A DNA stretch of 64,000 nucleotides from assembly GCA_034530615.2 (NCBI GenBank), contig JAVRCV020000034.1, forward strand, positions 32,001 to 96,000, in the 5' to 3' direction. Within the stretch, counting starts at the first letter, position 1, and every line of letters begins with the position of its first letter. Shown one piece after another: positions 9,575 through 18,448 of this stretch. The stretch is from Aulosira sp. ZfuVER01. GTDB lineage: Bacteria > Cyanobacteriota > Cyanobacteriia > Cyanobacteriales > Nostocaceae. The notes beneath the pieces were generated by a model. It was not told the origin of the DNA. It was given only the letters and a program-made list of their open reading frames with translations, and did not search any database. The position numbers and the translations under genes were made by a program.

Positions 9575-11143
9575 TTAACTAACAGGCTCTAGCTGATAAC
9601 TGACTTTCTCTTCTTGTTGCTTCTGCTTTAAATCAGCCAGTTTCGCTCGCAACTGCGCTCTAACCTCATAGCGGTAGTTGAAGAAGTGTTCGCCAACACC
9701 TAAGGTTGTTAGATAATCATATAGCAAGCGGGGTTTAGCAAAGGCGATCGCTACCAATTGCCACCAGAACCGCCACCTTGTTGAACGCACCACACCTTGT
9801 CGCCAGCAAATTGCTGAAAACAACCGGATTTCATGCGAAGTTATTTTACGCTGAGATTTCCCCCGCCACCCGTTCATCATCATAAAGTGGCGGAAAGTGC
9901 GTTTCAAGTAAGGCATCGGTTCATAGATGTTCCAAAATGCTTGGATGTATTCCTCTGTAATTTCCTCCACTGGGCGCGTTGGTTTAAAGTTCATCAGTGC
10001 GCCTTGGTGGAAGGTTCCCAAACCATCAACCAATCGCTCTTCCTGCTGGAGACGGTTCCACATTGCAGTATTCTGCAATGCTTGCAGCATACTAAATTGC
10101 CCTTGGGGAATGCCAGTCTCCTCAATAAATTCTTGAATTCGTTCTCCCGCACCAGGACGTTCGTTGTCGAAGCCGATGATAAAACCAGACATAATCTGCA
10201 ATCCTGCCCGGGTAATTTTGTGGCAAGATTCAATTAAGCTTTTGCGTGTATTCTGGACTTTGTGAATCCCTAAAAGACTATCTGTGTCTGGGGTTTCGAT
10301 ACCCATAAATACAAGGGTGAAGCCAGCTTTCACCATCAACGCAATTAATTCATCATCCTCAGCTAAATTAAGTGAAGCTTCTGTGAGCAACACAAACGGG
10401 TAATCATGTGCTTCCATCCAGGGAATCAGGGCTTGTAAAAATACTTTGGCATTACGCTTATTGCCGATAAAATTATCATCGACAACAAACACATACCGCC
10501 GCCAGCCTAAATCGTAGATAGTTTGAAATTCCCGCAGCATCTGTTCTGGCGTCTTGGTGCGAGGCTTGCGTCCATACAAGTTAATAATGTCGCAAAATTC
10601 GCATTGGAACGGACAACCACGGGAAAATTGTAATGTAATTGCCAAGTATGCATCGAGATTGAGTAAATCAAACCGTGCAATTGGCGTTTGAGTGACATCG
10701 GGTTTTTCTGGAGAACGGAAAATTCCCCGTTCATCTCCCCGTGCCAAAGCTTCTAAAAACAGGGGAATAGTGCATTCCCCTTCATCTAAAATTAGATATT
10801 GCGCTCCTGCTTCTAAAGCAAATTCGGGTACTGAAGTAGGGTAGGGGCCCCCAACTGCTACCTTTTTACCTAACGCAATTCCCTTTTGAATTAACTCTCT
10901 AAAATCCTGTTTCTGGATAATCATCGCAGAGATGATTACCATATCACACCAATCCCAGTCTGCATCCGTCTCTAGAGAGACATTGCGATCGACAAATCTA
11001 ATTTCCCAATCACTAGGCAGCATTGCTGCTATAGTTATTAAACCCAGTGGTGGATTGGTAGAACGTAAACCTGCCAAATCAAGGGTCTCTTGGTAAGACC
11101 AAAAAGAATTGGGCATTATCGGCCAGAGTAGTAAGGCTCGCAT
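9575..11143 (-). CDS. B12-binding radical SAM protein (DUF4070 C-terminus; HpnP-like family)
   Basis: PPLGLITIAAMLP, VAVGGPY, RGCPFQCEFC motif. Confidence 0.88.
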   Translation of the reverse strand: MRALLLWPIMPNSFWSYQETLDLAGLRSTNPPLGLITIAAMLPSDWEIRFVDRNVSLETDADWDWCDMVIISAMIIQKQDFRELIQKGIALGKKVAVGGPYPTSVPEFALEAGAQYLILDEGECTIPLFLEALARGDERGIFRSPEKPDVTQTPIARFDLLNLDAYLAITLQFSRGCPFQCEFCDIINLYGRKPRTKTPEQMLREFQTIYDLGWRRYVFVVDDNFIGNKRNAKVFLQALIPWMEAHDYPFVLLTEASLNLAEDDELIALMVKAGFTLVFMGIETPDTDSLLGIHKVQNTRKSLIESCHKITRAGLQIMSGFIIGFDNERPGAGERIQEFIEETGIPQGQFSMLQALQNTAMWNRLQQEERLVDGLGTFHQGALMNFKPTRPVEEITEEYIQAFWNIYEPMPYLKRTFRHFMMMNGWRGKSQRKITSHEIRLFSAICWRQGVVRSTRWRFWWQLVAIAFAKPRLLYDYLTTLGVGEHFFNYRYEVRAQLRAKLADLKQKQQEEKVSYQLEPVS

Positions 11144-11309
11144 CAGCACATACCCCGGAGTAGAAAAGTTACTTATTCCCAGGTTACTGCTACTCGATCT
11201 GACGCGACTTTAACTTTTATCGACTTTTGTAAAGTAAAGGTACATAAATTTTGGGGAATGGGCATTGGGCATTGGGGAGTGTGGGGAGTGTGGGGAGTGT
11301 GGGGAGTGT

Positions 11310-11486
11310 CTCACAAGTGTAGGTTTTTTATTTGCGTATGAGTGGGCACTCTCAAACAGAGTGATAAACGTGGTTCAAATAACGAAATTTCGTTCTTGGG
11401 TGGGAAATCAGAAACTAAAATTTGAGTTCTTAACCAACGCAAAAACCCCATTTCAGCCAAGTTTGTAAAATACCTACACCTGTCAG
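11310..11486. mobile_element. 177-bp MITE with 22-bp imperfect TIRs inserted in a GGGGAGTGT repeat
   Basis: Left CTCACAAGTGTAGGTTTTTTAT vs reverse complement of right CTGACAGGTGTAGGTATTTTAC (18/22); GTGGGGAGTGT on both flanks. Confidence 0.75.
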
Positions 11487-11653
11487 GTGGGGAGTGTGGG
11501 GAGAAATGACAATTGCCTTTTGACACTTGACTTTTGACTCTGGACTCTTGCTTAATGCCCAATGCCCACTTGCCCAAGAAAATGTCAAAATAAAATTTGT
11601 TTTGTAACCGCTGCTTTACATAGCGCGGATTTGAGATAACTAACTTGAAATTT

Positions 11654-12664
11654 ATGGGCAAGCAGCGCGTTCTGTCGGGAGTTCAACCAACTGGAAATTT
11701 ACATTTAGGCAACTACTTGGGAGCAATTCGTAACTGGGTAGAAGCCCAGAGTGATTACGAAAATTTCCTTTTTGTCGCTGATTTACACGCGATTACGGTG
11801 CCACACGACCCTAAAGAGTTGGCATCTAATACCTATACCCTTGTGGCTCTCTATCTCGCTTGTGGTCTAGATTTAAATTATTCCACTATCTTTGTACAAT
11901 CTCACGTCTCGGCACACAGCGAACTCACTTGGTTGCTCAACTGTATTACACCCCTCAACTGGCTGCAAGACATGATCCAGTTTAAGGAAAAGGCGGTCAA
12001 ACAGGGCGAAAATGTCGGTGTCGGCTTATTGGACTACCCGGTGCTGATGTCTTCTGATATTTTGCTGTACAAGGCAGATTATGTCCCTGTGGGTGAAGAC
12101 CAAAAGCAACATTTAGAATTGACGCGGGATATTGTCAATCGCTTTAATCACTTATTTGCTAAACCAGATCAACCAGTGCTGAAGCTACCAGCACCTTTGA
12201 TTCGCAAGGAAGGCGCAAGGGTGATGAGTTTGACTGATGGTACTCGCAAAATGTCCAAGTCTGACCCGTCGGAATTAAGCCGGATCAATTTGTTAGATAC
12301 ACCAGAACAAATTGCCAATAAAATTAAGCGCTGTAAAACCGATCCAATTCGTGGTTTAACTTTTGACGATCCAGAGCGTCCAGAGTGTAATAATTTGTTA
12401 ACGCTATATATGCTGCTGGCTGGTAAAACAAAAGAAGAAGTAGCGGCTGAATGTCAGGATATGGGTTGGGGAAAATTCAAGCCATTATTGACCGAAACAG
12501 CGATCGCAGCCTTAAAACCGATCCAAGATAAATATCAGGCTGTGATGGATGACAAAAGCTATCTAGAGAAGGTGTTGCAGGAGGGACGGCAAAAAGCTCA
12601 AGCAGTTGCTAACCAAACTTTGGCAGAAGTGAAAGCTGCTTTAGGATACTCTATGCCTCTTTAA
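11654..12664 (+). CDS. trpS: Tryptophanyl-tRNA synthetase
   Basis: SGVQPTGNLHLGNYLG, VPVGEDQKQHLE, KMSKS. Confidence 0.97.
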   Translation: MGKQRVLSGVQPTGNLHLGNYLGAIRNWVEAQSDYENFLFVADLHAITVPHDPKELASNTYTLVALYLACGLDLNYSTIFVQSHVSAHSELTWLLNCITPLNWLQDMIQFKEKAVKQGENVGVGLLDYPVLMSSDILLYKADYVPVGEDQKQHLELTRDIVNRFNHLFAKPDQPVLKLPAPLIRKEGARVMSLTDGTRKMSKSDPSELSRINLLDTPEQIANKIKRCKTDPIRGLTFDDPERPECNNLLTLYMLLAGKTKEEVAAECQDMGWGKFKPLLTETAIAALKPIQDKYQAVMDDKSYLEKVLQEGRQKAQAVANQTLAEVKAALGYSMPL

Positions 12665-12724
12665 GGATTTCGCTTTTAGGGGTAATTTGATTTACCCTGT
12701 AAGAAAATTGAAATCTTGAATGTT

Positions 12725-13654
12725 ATGCCTGATACCCAGAGTAAGACAGTCTTGAATGCCTTTCGCCGAGCCGCGCAAGCCGGCGAATTTTTAGTAACTG
12801 CTGAAGTTGCTCCTCCCAAAGGCGGAGATGCAACACACATGCTCCAAATGGCGGCGACCCTTAAGGGGAGGGTTCATGCCGTCAATATTACCGATGGTAG
12901 CCGAGCAGTATTGCGGATGTCTTCGTTAGTGGCTTCAGCAATTTTATTGCAACATGGAATTGAACCGATTTGTCAGATTGCTTGCCGCGATCGCAACCGA
13001 ATTGGTTTACAAGGTGACTTAATGGGTGCTCATGCTTTGGGTATCCGTAACATTTTAGCTTTGACTGGCGACCCCGTAAAAGCAGGCGATCACCCTGATG
13101 CTAAAGGTGTCTTTGATTTAGAAGCGGTGCGACTGCTGCAACTAATTAGAAAGATGAATCAAGGTTTTGACTGTAATGAAAAACCGCTAACAGATGGCGC
13201 ATTAGATTTATTTACAGGTGCAGCAGTTGACCCACAATGTGCGAGTTTGTCAGGCTTGCAAAGTCGCTTTGAACGCAAAATAGAAGCCGGAGCGCAATTT
13301 TTTCAAAGTCAATTAATCACAGATTTTGAGCGCTTAGAAAAATTCATGGACACCATCGCCGCTGGTTATAAAAAACCAATTTTGGCAGGAATTTTTCTGT
13401 TGAAATCGGCAAAAAATGCCCAGTTTATTAATAAATGTGTTCCTGGAGTAAATATTCCCCAGCACATTATTGATAGATTGGCACAAGCAAAACATCCGCT
13501 TGAAGAAGGCGTAAAAATTGCCGCCGAGCAAGTGCAAATTGCTCGGCAATTGTGTCATGGTGTCCACATGATGGCAGTGAAGCGAGAAGATTTGATTCCG
13601 CAAATTTTGGATTTAGCGGGAGTAGCACCAGTTAATTTGGTGGGAGTTAAGTAA
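12725..13654 (+). CDS. metF: Methylenetetrahydrofolate reductase
   Basis: TAEVAPPKG, VNITDGSRA, CRDRNRIGLQ, LALTGDP, AGAQFFQSQ. Confidence 0.9.
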   Translation: MPDTQSKTVLNAFRRAAQAGEFLVTAEVAPPKGGDATHMLQMAATLKGRVHAVNITDGSRAVLRMSSLVASAILLQHGIEPICQIACRDRNRIGLQGDLMGAHALGIRNILALTGDPVKAGDHPDAKGVFDLEAVRLLQLIRKMNQGFDCNEKPLTDGALDLFTGAAVDPQCASLSGLQSRFERKIEAGAQFFQSQLITDFERLEKFMDTIAAGYKKPILAGIFLLKSAKNAQFINKCVPGVNIPQHIIDRLAQAKHPLEEGVKIAAEQVQIARQLCHGVHMMAVKREDLIPQILDLAGVAPVNLVGVK

Positions 13655-13673
13655 AAAAGTAATTACATTTTTG

Positions 13674-13706
13674 AAACCCCAATCTCTTTGAGAGATTGGG
13701 GTTTTT
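13674..13706 (+). terminator. Rho-independent terminator after trpS-metF
   Basis: AAACCCCAATCTCT-TTG-AGAGATTGGGGTTT then TT. Confidence 0.85.
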
Positions 13707-13846
13707 CTGTTAAGTTACTTGTAAAAGTATGAGTGTATTATTTTTGTTATTAAGAATGTTTGAATATTTGGGGTTTCTGGCTAATCTATGGTAGTTTAAA
13801 CCAAAATCCAGCAAATACTCTGTTGTTAAACTGACTTAAAATTTTT

Positions 13847-16561
13847 ATGGCGGATAACAGTACAGGTAATGCAGATTCTCGACAAGAGTCTATTCTGAAT
13901 GCTAGTGTCAGCGATCAAGCAACAGAGTCAGACTCTCTTGGTTTTGAACCTTATGTTAGTGCGATCGCAGAGTTTTTAACCAATCCTGTAACTCAACCTC
14001 CACTCACTATTTCCATAGAAGGTGCATGGGGTAGCGGTAAGTCTTCTTTTATGAAGCAACTCCAGAAAGCTATTGAAGAAAGTCAACAGAAAAAGTTTGA
14101 GAAGAAGTTACAAAATAATTTGGGAAAGTTTGACAGGAATGCAAGGGCAAATATTAAAAATTTTAGGAAGCGCTTAGAACAAAGATTTTATAATACTTTT
14201 AAGATACGTTTAACAAGTCGGCTTGGTGACATTTTTGAATTTATTTCTATTAAAGGTTTATTTGTTTTAACTACTATATATAAATATTTATACTTAAATT
14301 TTAACAAGCTTAAACCTAAGCCAAAAACAGTTTGGTTCAATGCTTGGAGACATGATAAAGCTGAAGCTTTATGGGCAGCCTTTGCACTTGAATTTTTGCG
14401 TCAGATATCCACATCTCGCTATAGTTCTGATTCTTTAAATATTGGGATTGGTCACGTTAAACTATTCTTATCTCGCTTCAATTTGAAAGAGGGTTGGCTA
14501 GATTTTATTCGGACACTTGCCCAATTAGGGATTGGTATATCCGCTATTGTAATAATTGGGATTCTTTCTTTTTTAAAAGGGCCAGCATGGGTTGATGAAT
14601 TGTCCAAGGGAGTAAAAAATTTAAATATACGCCTAGAACAGACTAATAAAACTCAAGAAAGAAATAGTAGTTCTCAGTCAAAAAATAGTATCAAAGAAAG
14701 AAAGAACGATACTTCATCTCATCAAAATAATAACTCTAATCAAAAACATCCCACAAATCAAGATAGAACAGAAAATTCCCTGCCAGAAAATCCCTATTCT
14801 ATACCTATCGGAGCCGCTAGTATTGGAGGTTCAACTTTAGCTGTTATATCACTATGGCAGCAACTTCGTAAATTAGTTGGAGACCCAAAAAAAGCCCTGA
14901 TTAAATATCTCCAGGCTCCTAATTATAAAAATCAGGTTTCTTTTGTAGAGAAGTTCCATGAAGATTTTAAGAAAATTGTCGATGCTTATGCAGGTAAAAA
15001 CAATAAAGTCTATGTTTTTATTGATGACCTCGATCGTTGTGAGCTTCCTAAATCTGCTGACCTGATGCAGGCTCTTAACTTGATGATATCCAACGATCCT
15101 CATATAATTTTTATTCTTGGCATGGATAGAGAGAAGGTAGCAGCAGGTCTTGCAGTCAAATACAAAGATATTCTCCCTTATCTGCCTTCATCCTCAATCG
15201 CACCTAACACCGACAATCAAGATACCAGAAGTTCATTCTTGAGTGGTATAGAATACGGTTATGCTTTTCTGGAGAAGTTTATCCAAATTCCCTTTCAAGT
15301 ACCACAACCTGCTGAGTCAGACTTTAAGCGTTTTTTATCTACAATCGCCCTTCCTATTCAGCAAAAACAGAAACCCAGTTTTTTGAAGTCTGTTTATAAT
15401 AATATTTCCACATTATTCAGGAAATTGAATCATAAGCAGCAGCCAGAACAAGCTTCACAAGGAGAATCGTCAACAGAAAAATCCCAAACAACAGAGAAAA
15501 AAGATAGAGAAGAGCATCGTGAGAAAATCAAACTTGATGTAACCGAAGATTCTAAAACAGTTCGGAATATTGTGTTAATGGTAGCTCCTGCTTTGGATTA
15601 TAATCCGCGTCGTTTGAAGCAATTTATTAATTTGTTCAGACTCAAAACCTATATTGCCAGTAATACAGGACTATTTGATGAAATAGTCAAACAATCGCAG
15701 GAATCATCTATTAATCAACCTTTGACCTTAGAACAATTGGGTAAGTTTACTGCTATTAATGTAAAATGGCCGCGGCTACTTGCTGATTTAGATGTAGACC
15801 GTAAGTTACTCACAAATTTACAAAAGAGAGCGCTTAATACTGCTGACTTTGATTTTAGTCAGTGTAATGAAATTACAAAAGATTGGGCTGATAAACCAAA
15901 GTTATTGGAACTACTGCGCTGCTATCCGGGAATCATTTCTTCTGCTTTACCAGATGAATACATACTCGAAGATAAATATAGCCTGGAAAAAGTAGATGTA
16001 AATAAACTCTTACAGGTGTCCCCAGGAACACAAGATGATCTGAGTTCTGAAAGAGGCGTAGACTATACAAAATTGCGCGACTTACTAGCAGCCAGAAATT
16101 GGAAAGAAGCTGATCGAGAAACTCATAAAGTGATGTTGCAAGCTGTCGGGAGATCAGAAAACGACTTTATACTTATAGATGAACTTTCAAACTTCCCATG
16201 CACTGACCTTCATACAATTGACCGCTTGTGGGTAAAATATAGCAATGGGCGTTTTGGCTTCAGCGTTCAAAAGAACATTTACTTAGAGGTCGGCGGTAAG
16301 CTGAACGCTGAACAGACTGAAGAAAGCATCGATGAAGAGATTGAGAATAGATTGAAAGCCCATAATGATTTTTGCGATCGCGTAGGATGGAGAGAGGAAA
16401 GCAGCCTAGCTACAAGCAACTGTGATACCGCAGATCCAATAGGACACCTTCCCACGCTGATACTCACATATTACCCACGCACTTACCGCATCACGCTGCG
16501 TGACATTACATCAGACTCCGCTTCTTACATCACTCTCTTCTCTCGTTATCAAAAATTGTAA
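13847..16561 (+). CDS. KAP-family P-loop NTPase with transmembrane segments and C-terminal GUN4 domain
   Basis: Walker A GAWGSGKS, WFNAWRH, Walker B VFIDDLDRC, FLEKFIQIPF, NPRRLKQFIN; GUN4 motifs DYTKLRDLL..WKEADRET, FPCTDLHTIDRLW..YSNGRFGFSVQ, GHLP. Confidence 0.9.
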   Translation: MADNSTGNADSRQESILNASVSDQATESDSLGFEPYVSAIAEFLTNPVTQPPLTISIEGAWGSGKSSFMKQLQKAIEESQQKKFEKKLQNNLGKFDRNARANIKNFRKRLEQRFYNTFKIRLTSRLGDIFEFISIKGLFVLTTIYKYLYLNFNKLKPKPKTVWFNAWRHDKAEALWAAFALEFLRQISTSRYSSDSLNIGIGHVKLFLSRFNLKEGWLDFIRTLAQLGIGISAIVIIGILSFLKGPAWVDELSKGVKNLNIRLEQTNKTQERNSSSQSKNSIKERKNDTSSHQNNNSNQKHPTNQDRTENSLPENPYSIPIGAASIGGSTLAVISLWQQLRKLVGDPKKALIKYLQAPNYKNQVSFVEKFHEDFKKIVDAYAGKNNKVYVFIDDLDRCELPKSADLMQALNLMISNDPHIIFILGMDREKVAAGLAVKYKDILPYLPSSSIAPNTDNQDTRSSFLSGIEYGYAFLEKFIQIPFQVPQPAESDFKRFLSTIALPIQQKQKPSFLKSVYNNISTLFRKLNHKQQPEQASQGESSTEKSQTTEKKDREEHREKIKLDVTEDSKTVRNIVLMVAPALDYNPRRLKQFINLFRLKTYIASNTGLFDEIVKQSQESSINQPLTLEQLGKFTAINVKWPRLLADLDVDRKLLTNLQKRALNTADFDFSQCNEITKDWADKPKLLELLRCYPGIISSALPDEYILEDKYSLEKVDVNKLLQVSPGTQDDLSSERGVDYTKLRDLLAARNWKEADRETHKVMLQAVGRSENDFILIDELSNFPCTDLHTIDRLWVKYSNGRFGFSVQKNIYLEVGGKLNAEQTEESIDEEIENRLKAHNDFCDRVGWREESSLATSNCDTADPIGHLPTLILTYYPRTYRITLRDITSDSASYITLFSRYQKL

Positions 16562-16627
16562 AGTATAACATATAAGGCTTTCGCAAGTTTGTAAACATTT
16601 ATTAAAGCTCAATTTTCCACGTATTTA

Positions 16628-16939
16628 TCAACATTTCATCGATCCGATACCTGTCACTGTGGGCTGATAGCAGTGTGCCTGAACAAATTTTTCTGCTACC
16701 TGATGCACCTCCGTACTTTCAGTTACTTTTTGGTTATTCCAAGGTAAACTCATTTGCCCAGGCGAAGACTTTTTAGCCTTACCAGCCTTAATCATCGACG
16801 GTAAAAAGCGACTACCCCAATAATTCCTCTTTTCAGGTTTTGCTTGCGGTAGATATTTTTGACAAAATCTGCGATACTTCGCCGCGCATTCATCCAAAGT
16901 TCTTCCCATTTGCAAAAACGCTGGATGCCATTGAGTTAA
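16628..16939 (-). pseudogene. 3' remnant of a cyanobacterial Y1 (IS200-like/REP-associated) transposase
   Basis: LTQWHPAFLQMGRTLDECAAKYRRFCQKY...PEKRNYWGSR resembles the C-terminus of that family (recalled, not searched); in-frame stop at 16949-16951 upstream and no HUH domain. Confidence 0.65.
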
Positions 16940-17027
16940 TGTGTATGGTTAGAGAATATTTATAGAACGCTTCTCTAAACAACTTTATGTGGTAAAGCCT
17001 ATGTAAACATTGTCCTTTCCCCTTAGA

Positions 17028-17077
17028 TTGCTAAACTAAAAAACAACCCTGACCCCTGCAAAGGTAATATTATGACC
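17028..17077 (+). repeat. 50-bp direct repeat of the Uma2 gene leader and start (second copy 17442-17491)
   Basis: TTGCTAAACTAAAAAACAACCCT...CCCTGCAAAGGTA...TTATGACC, 45/50 identical. Confidence 0.9.
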
Positions 17078-17100
17078 ACAGAAAAGGGTTTTCAGCTTCG

Positions 17101-17367
17101 CAATTGCCGTTTCGGACATTACAATTGCTGTTTCGGACACTACAATTGCTGTTTCGGACACTACAATTGCTGTTTCGGACACTACAATTGCGATTTCGGG
17201 CACTACAATTGCGATTTCGGGCACTACAATTGCTGTTTCGGACACTACAATTGCCGTTTCGGACACTACAATTGCCGTTTCGGACACTACAATTGCCGTT
17301 TCGGACACTACAATTGCCGTTTCGGATACTACAATTGCGATTTCGGACACTACAATTGCGATTTTGG
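17101..17367. repeat. 21-bp tandem repeat, 12 full units plus a partial unit (consensus CAATTGCYGTTTCGGACACTA)
   Basis: Units start every 21 nt from 17101 to 17353. Confidence 0.97.
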
Positions 17368-17485
17368 CGATCGCAAAAACAGGCTCTTGACAACTTAAAT
17401 TAGTTTCATCTAATGAGTGCGATCGCCCTTTTTCTTGCGAGTTGCTAAACTAAAAAACAACCCTTATCCCTGCAAAGGTAGCCTT

Positions 17486-18229
17486 ATGACCTCTGCAACC
17501 AATTTCACAGACGAACTCACGCCTTTCCCCGACCATACGCAGCTACCAGAGTCCGATGGCACTTTTGTGAAAAATTGGCAAGAGCATCCTCAAAGCATTT
17601 TACTGACAGACTCAATTACACCAGTACTGAAAAAATTACATCCCGATAATCAATATTGTATTGGTCAAGACTTAGGTATTTATTGGCGCTTAACCGATCC
17701 TCCAGAAAAAGGCCCAGAAGCACCGGATTGGTTTTATGTAGGCAATGTACCGCCCTTGCTTGATGGGCAAACGCGACGTTCTTATGTACTGTGGCGAGAG
17801 TTTATTGCCCCATTAGTTGTCTTAGAATTTGTCTCTGGGGATGGTAGTGAAGAACGAGACACAACTCCTTGGAAAGGAAAATTTTGGATTTATGAGCAGG
17901 TGATTCGTCCTCCCTTTTATGGCATTTATGAAGTGAATAAAGCCAGCGTCGAAGTTTATAAATTTATTGGTGGGCAATATCAGTTATTAGCAGCAAATGA
18001 GCGCGGACATTATCCCATTACTCCGTTGGGAGTTGAGTTAGGTATTTGGCAAGGACAGTATCAAAATGCGGAATTACCTTGGCTGCGCTGGTGGGATGAG
18101 CAAGGTAATTTGTTGTTAACTGGTGAAGAAAGAGCAGAACAAGAATCCCAACGGGCGGAACAGGAACGCCAACGAGCCGATCGCCTAGCTGCACAATTGC
18201 GATCGCTCGGCGTTGAACCAGAAGCCTAG
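17486..18229 (+). CDS. Uma2 (DUF820) family PD-(D/E)xK endonuclease
   Basis: PDHTQLPESDG, APDWFYV, VLEFVS, WLRWWD, RAEQERQRA tail; start ATG 17486. Confidence 0.9.
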   Translation: MTSATNFTDELTPFPDHTQLPESDGTFVKNWQEHPQSILLTDSITPVLKKLHPDNQYCIGQDLGIYWRLTDPPEKGPEAPDWFYVGNVPPLLDGQTRRSYVLWREFIAPLVVLEFVSGDGSEERDTTPWKGKFWIYEQVIRPPFYGIYEVNKASVEVYKFIGGQYQLLAANERGHYPITPLGVELGIWQGQYQNAELPWLRWWDEQGNLLLTGEERAEQESQRAEQERQRADRLAAQLRSLGVEPEA

Positions 18230-18448
18230 TACTGCTACGCGGAAGTCAAAAGTCAAAAGAATTATCCATTAATTTCGTAGTCAGGACTTTATTTCTGATT
18301 TTCATCGCCTCAGTGCTGACTAAGAACTGTTAATAAAAAAATACAATTACGCTTTGATAACTTGATGACAAAACGAGTAGCAAATTGTGTAGTCTCTGAG
18401 TTATTTTGCACTAGCACAATACAATAAACAATCATTTGGGCTGGTGAA

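Noticed and set aside
9575..11143. Definite hpnP hopanoid methylase
   Set aside because: The family has several paralogues per genome and there is no hpn context; cannot assign by eye
16400..17100. Classical diversity-generating retroelement targeting the GUN4 tail
   Set aside because: No reverse transcriptase and no template/variable repeat pair differing at adenines visible in the window
17101..17367. Possible CRISPR array
   Set aside because: Contiguous 21-bp units with no unique spacers, and no cas genes in the window
17036..17403. Alternative-frame repeat ORFs (SETAIVV, RNGNCSV, FRTLQLL)
   Set aside because: Several frames are open only because the 21-mer lacks stops; only the 17072 frame has an independent start context
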